Assembly (NCBI GenBank): GCA_016748015.1
Contig: JAAOMT010000512.1
Location: 1,312,893-1,376,892 of the forward strand
Length of the DNA: 64,000 nt
DNA from: Geosiphon pyriformis uo1
Lineage: Eukaryota; Fungi; Glomeromycota
Direction: 5' to 3'
The translations under genes and the position numbers were made by a program. The notes beneath the pieces are model-generated. The model saw only the letters and a list, made by a program, of their open reading frames with translations, had not been told where the DNA came from and searched no databases. The number at the start of each line of letters is the position of its first letter. The stretch's first letter is position 1. Shown here in pieces: positions 38,560-52,114 of this stretch.

Positions 38560-41500
38560 TTAACGAATGAGGCCCAAATACCATCCAGTACAATACATCA
38601 AACTAAGTGATCTAAACTAGGCACAAATTATGTACTTTCTACACATGACCAGCTATTCAGACCAATTAGAGCAACACTACAAGTCTATCAAAACAGAAAC
38701 CATACTATCTACACTAGAGAAAAAACAGCAATGTTTATGAAAACCAAAACAGATACCAAGTGCTTTAGCAATTCCAAGCAATCTAATCACCCCAACTGAA
38801 AACACACATGACAAATCATGAGTCACTGAATACACAAAATCATCAAATGAAATCAAATCACTCTTTTCTATTAAAGCTCTATATTTAGCTCTAACCAACC
38901 AAATGTCTATGCGGTAGACAGCACTCCAATTCCCAAACAAAATCAACAATAAACTTTTCTGTAGTCTTGGTATTACCCAGAATAGACATAGCTTCTTGAA
39001 CTCAATCTTTGAACAAAAAGCCTTTGTCCATGGTAGTATACAACATATCATCAATCACACACAAAAAAAGCACTTGCGAAATGCGAAATAAAAGTGAATC
39101 CAAACCAGATACACAACACCACTTTGCCAGATGAGATGCGAGAATGCTCTTATGGGCATCAAAGTCAAATATACAAACAAAAGAGTAATTGGAACTTTCC
39201 ACATCACCACAGCGCAGACATGAAACACTTGGGTAAACCTTACTATACAAATGCTTTCTTACAGTAACCAGTAGATGACAGTAGAAGGCCTTTAAAAAAT
39301 AAGAGCACAAACTAGCCATAGATTTACTGGTAAAGCCAGTCACCATATGGGAGTCAGAGTGCCACACCGAAACAGTATGAGACCAATTCACATCACCACG
39401 TAAACTGTTATCAATAACATTAAAACCAGGACCAACCTTCTAATGAGCACAATTAATAGACCTAAAAATCTCACAGACAAAATAACAAATGTTCTTAGAC
39501 ACTGCTAATCTGCCAGTCTTGATAAATCTCTTCTTAACCAATACAAGAAGTGCCAAAGTAGAACCCACAGCCAGACTGGCTAATTTGTCAGCATGTTTAT
39601 TACCTATAACACCTGAGTGCCCTTTAACCTTGCACCAAGAAATATCAAGCTGCTTTCCTTTAATTAAATTAAGAATGCCATGTCACTCCATCCAGCAGTG
39701 GTTGCAGAAATCCAGAAACATCAGAGCTGATTCAGCCACACAAGCATTCAAAGCAGCCTAACTGTCTAAAAAAACTACTACTGAACTGTCAAGAGGAACA
39801 CACTCCAAAGCCAAAGCAATTGCTTGTAATTCTACTATAATCAAAGACACCAATCTATCAACCCTAGCACCAATACCCAGATTCAGATCAGGGAAGTAAA
39901 TAGCAGCACCACACTTCATTTCACATGAACCTAAATCCCTTAATGATCCATCTGTGTAAACACTAATAACCTTCATATCTGCAGAAAAGAGACACTGATC
40001 CAATCTGGAGACCTTACTTGAGTTGTAAACATTCATAGCCTGCAAACTTTTAACATGCAAATCATCAGAAAAAAAAGAACAATCCAAAAAGTTACAAGCC
40101 AAAGTAAACCAACAAGGAACAGAGCCCCTTGGATCAAGTCTCTTCCAATGTCGAAAACTCTTCCAATTAAAAACCAAACCTTTTTTGGTATACAGCTGCT
40201 CGGCAAAGACAACCCCAAACTTTTTAAAAGAAGAAAAAACATCATAAAACAAAGAAGCTCTTAGAACTATAGACATCAGTGTCCTACCAGAAAAGCAGAA
40301 TGCAGAAACAAAGAGATTGTCAAGGGACATGTCATAGTCCAAAAAAATCTTAACAACACCTGCCAAAAAATTATTGACTGGACTAACATGCAACTTAACC
40401 GGACAATATAGAGAGTAAATAGGTGACCAACCCAGAACCTGAAGATCCAGAGACTTATAATTGAACATATAACCAAGAACACCACTAACATTTGAAAAAC
40501 ACAGCACAGAAGCCACCTTGCATTCAGTCTGCAACTGCTCAAAAGATTTCAAGCCATACAAAGATGGATGGTGAAGAGTCTTATTGGGAAAGTCTTTCAA
40601 AAGTCCAGTTTTAAGTCTTAACTCCCTTTTAATTAACATATCCCACTTTGTACACACATTCTTAAAAATAAAGCTGAACTAAGTCCTATAACTAACAATG
40701 AGTTGCAATATAGCTAATACTAGATAAAGAAACTGCTTGTCTGAAATAACCTAATGTCCACATGTACTTTAGCCAAATTGGGTTTGGACAAACCTTCAGA
40801 TAATAAATAAATGCCAAGGTACCGATGAGACTCCTTCTTGTGAGCAATTGAAATTGGCAGACCACTAATTGACAATGACACATCATTAACTCTTTGATTG
40901 ATAGGAATGGCCACAGTTTTCTCATTATTGATCGAAATGTCATTTACCATGAAGAATTCACTTGCTATATTCAAAATATACTGAATAGCAGTCTGACTGC
41001 TACTTACCCAAATAGTATTATTAACAAATATACCAGCAGCTAGAAACAAAATCAAACTGTCTTGGTTTTCTACTCTACCTGTCTTGACAACAAATTTAGT
41101 ATCAATTTGGTATTCACACAAACTTTCCTGCCTCTTGACCTCACACAAAAGGAGATCATAAAAGATTCTCTACAGCAAAGAAGAGAAAATCTCACCCTGG
41201 TCAAGACTATCATGTATCTGGTACCTATTAGTCAGACTGAAATTGGTCATAAACTAATTAATATAATCATTATAAATAGAACCAAAAAATCTAATAAAAC
41301 ACCTGCACATTTTGATCTGAACTAAACTATTATGTAAGTGATGCCATCTCACAGAGTTATAGGTTTTATGCATATCTTGCAGCACAAGCCAAAGTTCACA
41401 ATCTTTCTCCAAAGTGTCCTCAACAACCAAACCAATGGCAAAAATAGAAGACTGAGTAGTAGTGCCCTTAAGCATAGAAAAATTGTTCTCACAAAGAACA

Positions 41501-44500
41501 CTAAATAGACTGTATGCTGACAAAATCCTATTAGACAACAACTTAGAAAAAATCTTATGAGCAGTCTCAATTAAAGTAATTGGTCTAGTATTTGTTAAAA
41601 CACCCTTCCACTCATAGGGCTTAGGAATTATTGACACCTAAGCTTCCTTTCAACAACAAAGAACTGACTCACATACCAAACAAATGTTCAAAAGATTCAG
41701 AAGCCAGCCTAACACAGATCTATCACAATGTTTCTAAAGCTTATTTAAAATGCCAGACAAGTCAGCAGCTTTATCATCTGGTAAATTTTTAATTACACGC
41801 ATCAAGTTATTCAAACTGATAGCATTCATTACACCAGAAAAAGCATTATTATTGACATAATCCAATGACAGGTATTGATGCTGCCACAAATCAGGAGCAC
41901 TTTTCAGCATGGCCTTTTTCTTTTTTCAGTTCTCTATTATATCATCCACTTTGTTCTTAACTTCCACTGGATCTAAAATCAAATTGCCATCAGAAACCAA
42001 ATGGTCTAACACTACTTTGCAAAATGAACATTCCAAAACACTATGGATTGTGTGGCCTTTGTTAACCACAAAATTCTCCATTCTTCTTTCAATAGCTGAT
42101 CTAATGTTTGACTCTTCGGCTTGCAAAGACTCAGCAAGCTTAGAGACACAATAAGACCTCCTCACACCATAGAGAGCAGAATATACATGATCCAAACTCA
42201 CACCAAAGCTTACAAGACCTCAAACAACAAAAGCTTTGTTACTATCCAGAAAAACCCAGTGTCTTAAAAGAGACTCAAACCAGCCAAAGTCCATCTCACA
42301 AGAAGCTTTGACAATTTTTGAAACCAAAATCTCTAAGTTATGTAGCTTGAAAGACTTCTTGGTAAACACTCCATTATAATCCTTAAACCATTTTTTTTTG
42401 AAAGCTCTATTAGCTGAAAAAATTATTATTTTGTGAACAATGTTCTATATAGCATTCAGATTAGAGAACCTCCTGGCTAATTCAAACTTGTCCAAGAACA
42501 TAACAGTATTGGCTGCAGTAGCATTCTTAAATTCACTCCATTTCACTTCATCTGTATTTTTGACATCAAACTTCCAACAATTTTTATTTGTCTGCTTGTG
42601 TAATAAACTCAATTAGATATCAAGCAAACCTCCCAAACTCACAGAAGTGGAAACAGCTTTGTAATCAGTATTAAAATAGTCTTCAATACTGGCCACACTA
42701 CCATCTATTATAGTATTGACCAAACTTGAAAAAATGAGAATGTAATCAAGAGCTTTAGTAACACCATGAGAATTGGTCCATGTAGACATCTTTGCAAATA
42801 AACTTCCCTTTAGAGAATCAACCAAACCCAAATCAAAGCACTTTTTAAAGCTAGCACACTTTCGGGTATTGTTTTTATTGAAATCACCACCCAAAATCAC
42901 AAAAGAAGATTCATTTACAGCTTTTGCAATCAGAGAATTGATATCACCAGCCTGAGAAAACCAAGCCATCAAAGAGGCACCAGCATAAAGCCCCAAAATT
43001 GACACTGAGAGTTTATTTTTAAAAAGCAATTTGATAGACAGAAGCTGATCAGGCACTTCTGAAATTTTGCACACATGTCTCACCAAAGAAGAGTTCATAA
43101 CAATCACAACACCAGCACCCAGATAACTGGATTCCAAACCAAAGGTAAACACCTGCATACCATTAAATTTATTAACAATCCAGGGGCAAACTTTTCCTTT
43201 TAACTTTGATTCCATAAAAATAAAAGCTAAATTATCTTTTTTCTTATGCCAATGAATGATATCATCTTGTTTTGCAGAATTGTTCATTTCTCTAACATTA
43301 CAAGTCACAACTTTCCAGATTTTATCACTCATTGAAAAAGAAGAGGGGTAGAAATCGAATTAGCATTGTCTATTTTAGCCAAAAAACTCATAACTATGAT
43401 TGAAAGATTGTTTAATGTTTCTTCCATTTTCGAGATAACTGTAGAATCAAAAACCACCACTCCTGCAACAGTCTCACCACCAGTGGCCACACCCAAACTC
43501 TCACTTATCACTATATTTGTTCTTTGATTCTGTGATAAAAGGGTCACCAATGGCTGACATCTAGGGCTAAGCTAGAAAACCATTGGCTCAGGTGTGTCCA
43601 ACCTCTTAGCCAGTATGTTAACACACTCTGTGAGACTGGCAAGACTGCGCTCAAGAGTGGCAAACCTATTATTTAATTCCAAAAACACCAGTGGGGTAGG
43701 CTTCATCTCCGAAGAGAAACCAGCTTTTAACAAAATATTCTGACCAGGAAGAGAAGAGAAAGAAAATTCATCAACAATTTGGGCTCATGAGACACCACTG
43801 AAAGAAACAGAACAAGCAACTGGAGCTGAGCATTTGGCATATATGGCAGCCAGTCTACTTTTATCCAAGTCCAAAAGAGTTTTCTGTAATGAAGCACCAG
43901 AAGTAATATTCTTTTTTCTATTAGCAGGAAAAGCTAATAATATATGGTCCAATTTTCCACACTTAGCACACTTGGCTGAAACAAGATGAGACCAGCACAG
44001 ATTGACCCCTTTTAAAACAGGTGTAGTCTTTATGACAGTATTTAAAGACTCAGCAGAATCAAAACAAACAGTAGCACATCTGACCCAGGCATAAAAAACC
44101 AGATGACAGTCAATTACACAAGTTTTTTTACTCACTAAAGCAACATAATCTCAAATATTATGTGTATTGGTTCCTATTGACAGAGTGTGCAAAAGAGCTT
44201 TGTAAACATTTCATGCATCTCATAATTCTTTGTCCACATCAGATCTAGCAATATACATTGCATTTTTTCCAATCAAGATAGACTATTTTGCCATGACCAA
44301 ATTATCATAATTAATCTGTTCAAATTCAACCACTGCTTTTTGCCACAGCCCCACCAACTGCATCTTGATCAACTTAATTAAACTGAACTTGAATAGTGCA
44401 GCACACACAGCCTCTGTTAATGTTCCAATTGGAATTTCTTTCAACACCACAACCTGATTTGAATGTCCAGATGATTTTTTGAGATCGGTGTTTACTAAAA

Positions 44501-45270
44501 TCTTTGCTTCCTTTGCTTTTTTTGAAGCCTGCACCAAACTCAATTCAGAAGTGAATGTTGCTTTGATGATCCCAGCAAATTTTGAGGGGGTAAAGGCCTC
44601 CCCAAAACTATTGATTTTAGAAAATAACTTTCTGATAACCATAAGCTTTTTCTGAGCAGATTTTCTAACAACATTGTCCAAACCAATATTCAGAGTGAAA
44701 AATTTTTTGACAGAAACATTGACCAAGTTTTTCAAAGGGAGGGGGAGAACCAAAGGTTTGTCCAAGAGAATGTTATCATCATTATTGTTCAAAAAGTCAA
44801 TCTTCCCTAGTGGTTTACCCAGTGCTTTTTTGGTCAGAATTTTTGAACTTTTAAAAGTTTGTTTCAAGTCTCCACTAGTGAGAACCCCATCTTTTCCATA
44901 ATCAAAGCTAGTTTTCTCAACCAAAAATTTCTCCTCCATGTCTACACTATCTGATTCAGTAGTATCACCTGTCTCAGAACCTCATGAATGACTACTTGAT
45001 GCCTTAGCAGCAGCAAATTTTCTATTACCTATGTTATTCTCTAAAACATCACTTTTCTTTTTCTTTCTAGACTCAACAAGCTTAACACCAATATTGAAAC
45101 CAGACTCCATAATAGACTTAGTTAGAATGGCAATACTAGGGGCAATGGTGGCCTTATAATTAAGCAAAATTAGATTGGATTTAACGGACTGAATGATGAA
45201 AAAAACTTCTTTCAAAAAATACTTTGGCTCTTTTTTGGGAATTTGGGATGAATGAGAGAAAGAAGTTTTT
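38560..45270 (-). mobile_element. Near full-length (~6.7 kb) degenerate LINE: ORF1 (~45120-43329) and ORF2 (43332-38677) with APE endonuclease, reverse transcriptase, RNase H and C-terminal zinc knuckle
   Basis: APE: VVTCNVREMN, MESKL, LGGDFN, TWTN, LDYILI. RT: IIPKPYEW..NTRPITLIET, LQDMHKTYNSV, FVNNTIW, YLGI. RNase H: VYTDGSL, ELQAIALAL, FLDS, KVKGHSG..GNKHADKLA. CLRCGDVE knuckle; conserved 3' UTR; A-rich tail. Numerous stops. Confidence 0.96.
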
Positions 45271-45299
45271 TTAAGTTTTTTTGTTAATTTAATTATAAT

Positions 45300-47900
45300 A
45301 AATATTAAAAAGATTGTTTCTTAATTATTTTGGTTTTTTTGGCTATTTAAACAACAGTAAAAAGAAGAATAGAAAAAAAAATAACTTAATTACTGATTTT
45401 TTATTAAATATTTTAGAATTTTTTAAAAAAAAAATTTATTTTAAAATTATTTTAAATGAGTTTTTTTAATAAAACTTTGAAATTTTTTTTTAATTAAAGA
45501 TAAAAAATTGTTTTTAAATTAACAAAAAACTAGTTAATTATTATTTTATTTAAAAAAAATGTTTTTATAAAATATTATTAAGTAGTTTTTATAGTTATTA
45601 GTATTTTATTAATAAAAAATTATTAGTTGTTTTAAGTAATAAAAAAGTTACAATATTTTTATTTTTTGACTTAATTATAATCATAAAAATAAATAAAAGA
45701 AAGTTTTTTATATTATTATTTTAATAATATTATTTAAAAATTTGAAGTTTTAAATTTATATAACAATAATTATTATTTTAATAACAAAAATAATATATTA
45801 TAATATAAAATTTTATAAAACTATATATATATAATAATTTTAATATTAACAAAAAATATGTTTAATATTCAATATTAATTATTACTTTAAAAATAAAAAT
45901 TTTTAATATAATATTAAATAATAATTTAGTTCTTAAAAAATAATTACTATAATTAGATTTTTACATTAATAATCAAACAAAACAATAAATTACTAAAAAA
46001 AACTAAATAAATAATTAAAAAAACCAGTCTTATAATATTTAATACTTTTAAAAATAGTACTTATTAAATATTAAAAAAAATTAAAACAATTTAAAAAACA
46101 GCAAAAACTTGGATTTTTAATAATATTAATAATAAAAAACCACTTTAAATTACTTTAAAAACCATTTAAAAATATTTTAAAAATACTATAAAAATATAGT
46201 TTATGATAAGCAAAATAATTAAAATTAAAAATATTAGTTAAAAATAATAAATTTATTAAAATTACTGAATTTATTAAAAAACTATTAAATTAATCAAAAC
46301 TGTTAAAATTAATAAAACTATTAAATTAATTAAAAACTGTTAAATTTGTTAAAACTATCAACTTTATTAAAAAACTACCAATTTATTAAAATTGCTAAAT
46401 TAAAATAATTTTTAAATTAAACAAAAAATCCCAAATTAAATTAAATTAAATAAAATTTCTAAATAAACTAAATATAACAAATATAAAAAATATAACAAAT
46501 CTACTATTTGGTAAATAAAAATATTATTTTACTATTAGAATAACTTTTTTTAAAAGAATAATTTTTAATTAAAATTATTTATATAATTATTAATTAAAAA
46601 AAATTTTTTTATATTTTTAAATTAAAGAAATATATTAAACAATTACAAAAATAGTTTTAGAAAAAATTTTAGATAATAAATAAAATTCACATTAGTTTTT
46701 AAAATAATATATTATAAAACCTTAAAAAAAAATTTATTATATTTAAAAATAAGTTTATTTCAAACAACAAAATTTATTTTTGACTAAAAAATTCAAAACA
46801 AATTTATTGGCTTTTTTTTACTATAAAAAATATTATTATTATAAAAAAACTTCTTTTTTTTTTATGTTTAAAATTTTATAAAACTTTAAAAAAACATTTA
46901 TTACATACAAAAAAATTAAAAAAAATTAAAAAAAATAACAAATTAACAAAATATAAAAAAAAAACATTTTAAAAATTTGAAAAGATTTTTTAATCAACAA
47001 TTTTTTTGATCAATAAATCAATAATATTAAATTGAAAAAGCAACAGAAAAATTTTCAAGTAATTATTAAAAGCAAATAACATGAATAATAATAAGTATTA
47101 AATTAAAATTAAGCAATAATATTTATATTAAAAATAAAAGACTTAAAAGTTAATAATTATTAACTATTATTAACAACTATTAAAATAAAAATATTAATAA
47201 CATATATTAAATTTAACATACTTTTATAAATAAGCTGTAACAAAAACAATTAAATTAAAAAACATTGTAATTATTACAAATACAAATAATCAAAACAATT
47301 ATATTACTTAAATTAATATTAAATTATAAAAGTAATAAATAGTAAATATTACAAAACTTATAAAATCAAATATTAATTTAATTAATATTCAGTATTTTTC
47401 ATAAAAAAAAAAAAATTTAAACATTTATATTTTTTTAAAAACAAAACTAAAAATGTTTGTTCAATAATAAAACCAATTTATTCAAAAAAACTGACAATAG
47501 CAATTAAAAACTTAATTAAACATATTAAAAATTCAAGTATTAAATAAAAAAAAATTGAAATTTGTAACAAAACAATAACCAACTTCAACAAAATGTTACA
47601 GTAATTAAACAATAAAACTATTTATGTAAAGACAATACCAAAAAATTATAAAAAACTAGCAAAACTAAAATACTAATATATATGAAATTTAAATTGAAAA
47701 TAGATTATTGCAATAACAATAATTAAATTTACAATAACAAAATTTAAACTTATAATAACAACAAAAACAATTAACAAATACTGTTACAATATTTATGTAT
47801 TAAATAAATTATGGTTATTTACTATTTTAATACAGATAACAATAATATTAGTTGTAATAATTATAATTTGTTAGATAATAAATTTAAATAATAATACTAT
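45300..47900. other. AT desert with ~18-bp degenerate tandem repeat (46255-46405); possible Ty3/gypsy fossil
   Basis: Very low G+C; repeat units such as ttaatcaaaactgttaaa and ttgttaaaactatcaact; faint gag-like reading near 47050 (NFQVIIK/ANNMNNNK across a frameshift). Confidence 0.45.
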
Positions 47901-47904
47901 GATT

Positions 47905-48140
47905 AGTATTTTACAGCAAACTAAGCACTCTAAACTAGGCGCGACTCACGCACTTGCTACATGTGACCAGCCACTCGGGCCAATCAAGGCTACATTACGC
48001 GTCTATCCGAACCGTTATCCTATCGCTAAAACCAGAAAAGAATAAATTGCGAGCCAAAACTCATCCTAAACGCTTCAGCCACACCAAGCAGACGCACCAC
48101 GCCATCAGACAAAATGTCAGGTAGACCACCAAGCAACGAA
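47905..48140 (-). mobile_element. Short LINE 3' fragment with CpGs intact
   Basis: Reverse complement encodes GLPDILSDGVVRLLGVAEAFRMSFG...FFSGFSDRITVRIDA* followed by the conserved 3' UTR (gattggcccgagtggctggtcacatgtag...cctagtttagag). Confidence 0.92.
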
Positions 48141-48866
48141 AAAATTATTGTATAAAAAATAAAAAATATTAAAAATAATCAACTTTAATTTTAAGAAAAA
48201 AAATAATATTATCAATTAAAAAATAACAATTTATAATAATATAAATTAGTGATATTTATTGGAGATAATTAGGCTTGGTGCATCATAGAAGGTTGTAATA
48301 TTTAAATAAATCAATTAAGCAATTTTTAATATAAAAAATATTAGTAATAAATAATATTTTAGAAAATGATTAAAAATATAGTTCCAAAATAACATTAAAT
48401 TTTTTCAAAATATGTAAGTAGTATTATTATTATTATTATTTAAATTTTATAAAGCAACCAAAAAAAATCAATTATCTTTGTTTTTACTTAACAATTAATA
48501 TATGTTATTTTAAATTAAAAATTAATGTTTATTAATTAAAACAGATATTAATAGCAAACAAAAAATTAATTTTTAAGAAGAAATAAATAATTTACAAGTA
48601 ATTATTAATTATTATTAATAAATGAAAATTCATTAACAATTAATGCTAAAAATAAAAATAAAAATAAAAACAAATTATTTATACTATTCAATATTAAAAA
48701 TCAGTTTTTAATTTTAAAAAAATCTACTCAAGTATATGTAATTTAATTTATCTTACTATATATAGTATCTATCCATTAATTTCTCAAAATTTGTTAAATT
48801 TTGGCATGTCCGAGAAACTTTTTACTTTTATCATTCATGATAAAGAAACATTGTTCAAAATTGATA

Positions 48867-50364
48867 TTATAATGGAGAACATTCACCCATTTTCACATCC
48901 CAATATATCCAATGTGATTCAGTATTTGGGAGAGTTCCTTCAGCTGCCTGTACAGAACCGTTGCATTCCTATTCATAGATAAAATTCAAAAAATCAAATG
49001 GTTCAATTGAAAAACCAAGGAAACAATTTCTAAATCACATTACTCACCATATTTTCCTCGGAAAACAATGAAGAAGGATTTTCAACACCCAGACATAAAA
49101 AAATTGAATCAATACAATCATTACACGGATCAATCCAAAATTCACGTTCATGAGCCATATACCCGTATAACCAATCATCATCGTTTATTCTCTTGGGTCT
49201 TTGTGGGACATAATCATCGAAATGATTGATTCTGTTGACTTTTAAATGATGATTAACATAATGTGCGAAAAATCGATTGCCAATTCGTGGTTGGCCAAAT
49301 GTGTAAACGAGTATTTCTAAATTATTTTTAAGTTCTTTCAAATAAAGACCTATTAGTATCGCATATACTATAAATGAAAATAATCAAATTATTATTTGAA
49401 AGAGGTTCGAATCAGGAAAATATTAAGTAATAAACTGAATTTTGCCTACCACCCCCCACACCATGTGCTGTAATTATCAAATCAGAATTTCCCTTCATTG
49501 ATGCTTCAATTTTTTCCACCATCTTCTTTCTCCAGCGCAAGAAATCAAAATAAAATTCCTGATCAACAAATGTGTAAAAAGATCCTGGATATGAAATCAT
49601 TGAATTTTTCCTGGCTTCCCATTCTAAAACTCCCAACTCATTAGCTTTAAGAAATAATATGATATTTTTCGTGCCATATTCAGGAATTACTCTTGCTATG
49701 AAATTATTAACTGAGTTAGCTGAAATTTTAAAATTGGTCAAAGAAAATTCTCATTAATTTAAATTAAAATGGCTTAGGCACCGTAGATTCCTTCAGAAAT
49801 TTTATATTCATCCGTGAGACAATATGCTTCATTTGCAAGGTTTGCGAATTTTCTTAATTCATCCAATAATGCTTTATTATGTATTAAAAGTTTTGTTGAT
49901 CCTTTATCATTACGGGGGAATTTTAATGTCTTTTCGTTAAGGTATTTATTTGTGTATCTTTCATCATTGATATTATTCGCATCTAAGAAATTTTTTTTTG
50001 GAAATGACTCAATTCCAGCTGGCTTTTTTAATGACAAATTTTTAGATCTTTCATTGAACTGTTCATTCCATCCTTTTAAAATTTGAATTTCAGCATGAGA
50101 AAGACTATAAATATTTTTAAGAGAGATTTTATCTTTTATGCTTTGGAAGGTTTTCTGTTCAGGCCAACCCCGTAAAGTTTTATTGCTCGCAAAAAATATT
50201 TGATTTATCTTCTTGAATAATGTCACAGATGGGTTTATCGTTGACGAAATTAGTTCTCGATTCCAAATCACAAAAATTGTAAAAATTCCCAAAATTGTAA
50301 AAAAACATTTCCATGAAATCTTGAGTGATCTCTGAGATTTGTGGAAGAGAGAAAGCAGGGACAT
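48867..50364 (-). CDS. Class-3 lipase homologue with N-terminal membrane anchor and Ser-to-Gly nucleophile substitution, 4 exons
   Basis: ANLANEAYC; IITAHGVGG|VYAIL; YTFGQPRIGNRFFAHY; RINHFDDYVPQRP; HEREFWID; ECNGS...SHWIYWDVKMGEC; hydrophobic FFTILGIFTIFVIW near the N-terminus. Confidence 0.9.
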
Positions 50365-51284
50365 GAGTTTGAATTAGTAAAAACTCAGTCAAAATGTTTA
50401 ATAATACAATAAAAAATCATGTGCACTAATAGTAATTCCGAGGAAATTCCGTAATCTGGAAAATCTTTTGAGTTTGCAAATATTTTGGGCATGCTTCAAA
50501 GATTGATATTGATATCTATTCAAAATCTCAACAAATAATAGGGCAAAATCTTAAATTAAGTAAAAAATTAAATTTATTTCTAGGCCATAGTATGTCACGA
50601 TTTCTTAAATTGCCCTTCATCGAAATTACACTCCAACTTGAACTTTTAATTTATATCAAATTTGGTATTTTGGAAAGTTTCTGTTTAAACGCCTGGAATA
50701 TTATTTGTTAAAGTATACGATATAAAGCATTTAAAAAACATTAAATACTTACCCTTTTTTTTTTTTTTTTCCTATAAATCGATAAATATTTCGCAATTAC
50801 ACGGTCGATCTCTTGATTGAAAAATTTCCAGAAAACTTTATTACCTCATTCTTAATATTCACAAGATTACTAAAACTCAGATCTTAACCCGAAAACTCAT
50901 TATTATTATTATCGCTGCTGCTCATGTCCGCTTTCAAGTGAAACCAGGTTTTATAGACCAAAAACTTAAGCAACAACAGCGAAACTAGGATGAAGTTTTC
51001 AATCCTGATGTATGGTATTTGATGATAACAAAAGAATAAGTAAATAACAACGTTTTCCAGTAATATGAAAAGTAATTAGAACTGATTGGCAGTCACATTA
51101 ATTGTCAAACCCCAAAAGAACATTCTGAAGATTTTGTAGTGGAAAAAACAAAGTGAAAATAGGGTTTGAAGTAAAAGCTTAACATTGTAATTTTATTTAT
51201 AAAATTAAAAGAAAGTTTAGTTTTCTCAAGTTACATATTTACTTTTAATTAAAAAATAGCTTGATCCAACAACCAATATCCACA

Positions 51285-51285
<1 letters not shown>

Positions 51286-51357
<72 letters not shown>
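51286..51357. repeat. (AAT)n microsatellite
   Basis: Direct reading. Confidence 0.95.
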
Positions 51358-52114
51358 GTAATCAATTTTTAATATAAAATTTTATTAGACTTAACATACA
51401 CCTTGAGTTAAATTTGGATAAGTCATAAGCATTTTGTACTGGCTTTAAACATGTGATATCTTTAAATTCATCTTTCACACATGAGCAAATAAAAATATCT
51501 TTGGCGTTAGCTTTTAAAAAGAAAAGATATTCATTGAAAAGAGAAAAGACAGTTTGGGAGAAAACGGAAAACCAACCAACTCAAAGGAAAATATTTTTCA
51601 AGCATAAAGATAATAATGATAGGTAACTCCGAACACAAAGGAGAAAAAGGATTTTTTGAGTTGATAATAAATTATCTTTGAACTGGAAAAAACTCTTTGA
51701 AACAATAGCTCTAATTTATATTTCCAAAACCAAACCGAGTTTAAAAAAGAAAAAAGTCTCCAAAATAGAAAATTCTTATCAACAAAAAGCAAAACAAACC
51801 CTTATTGAATTTATATTTTTGGATTTGTCACATCGTTTGTATTTTACAAAGTAAAACAAAAAATTATGTAGCAAGAAACAACGAAAATATCACATTATAG
51901 TGGTGCTGTTTTTGGCAGCACGTCCCCACATGATATAAAAATATGAGGCTTTAGATAAAAATTTCGTCAATGTAAAATATTTTGAACTACTTTAATTTTT
52001 ATTTTTATTTTCTAAAAAGTAAAACTTTTCCAAAATTAAAGTATGAAATAATTTTAGTTATAAATATGTCTTTACCATGATAAATATTTAATATCCCAAT
52101 CCCTCCTTCGCTTA

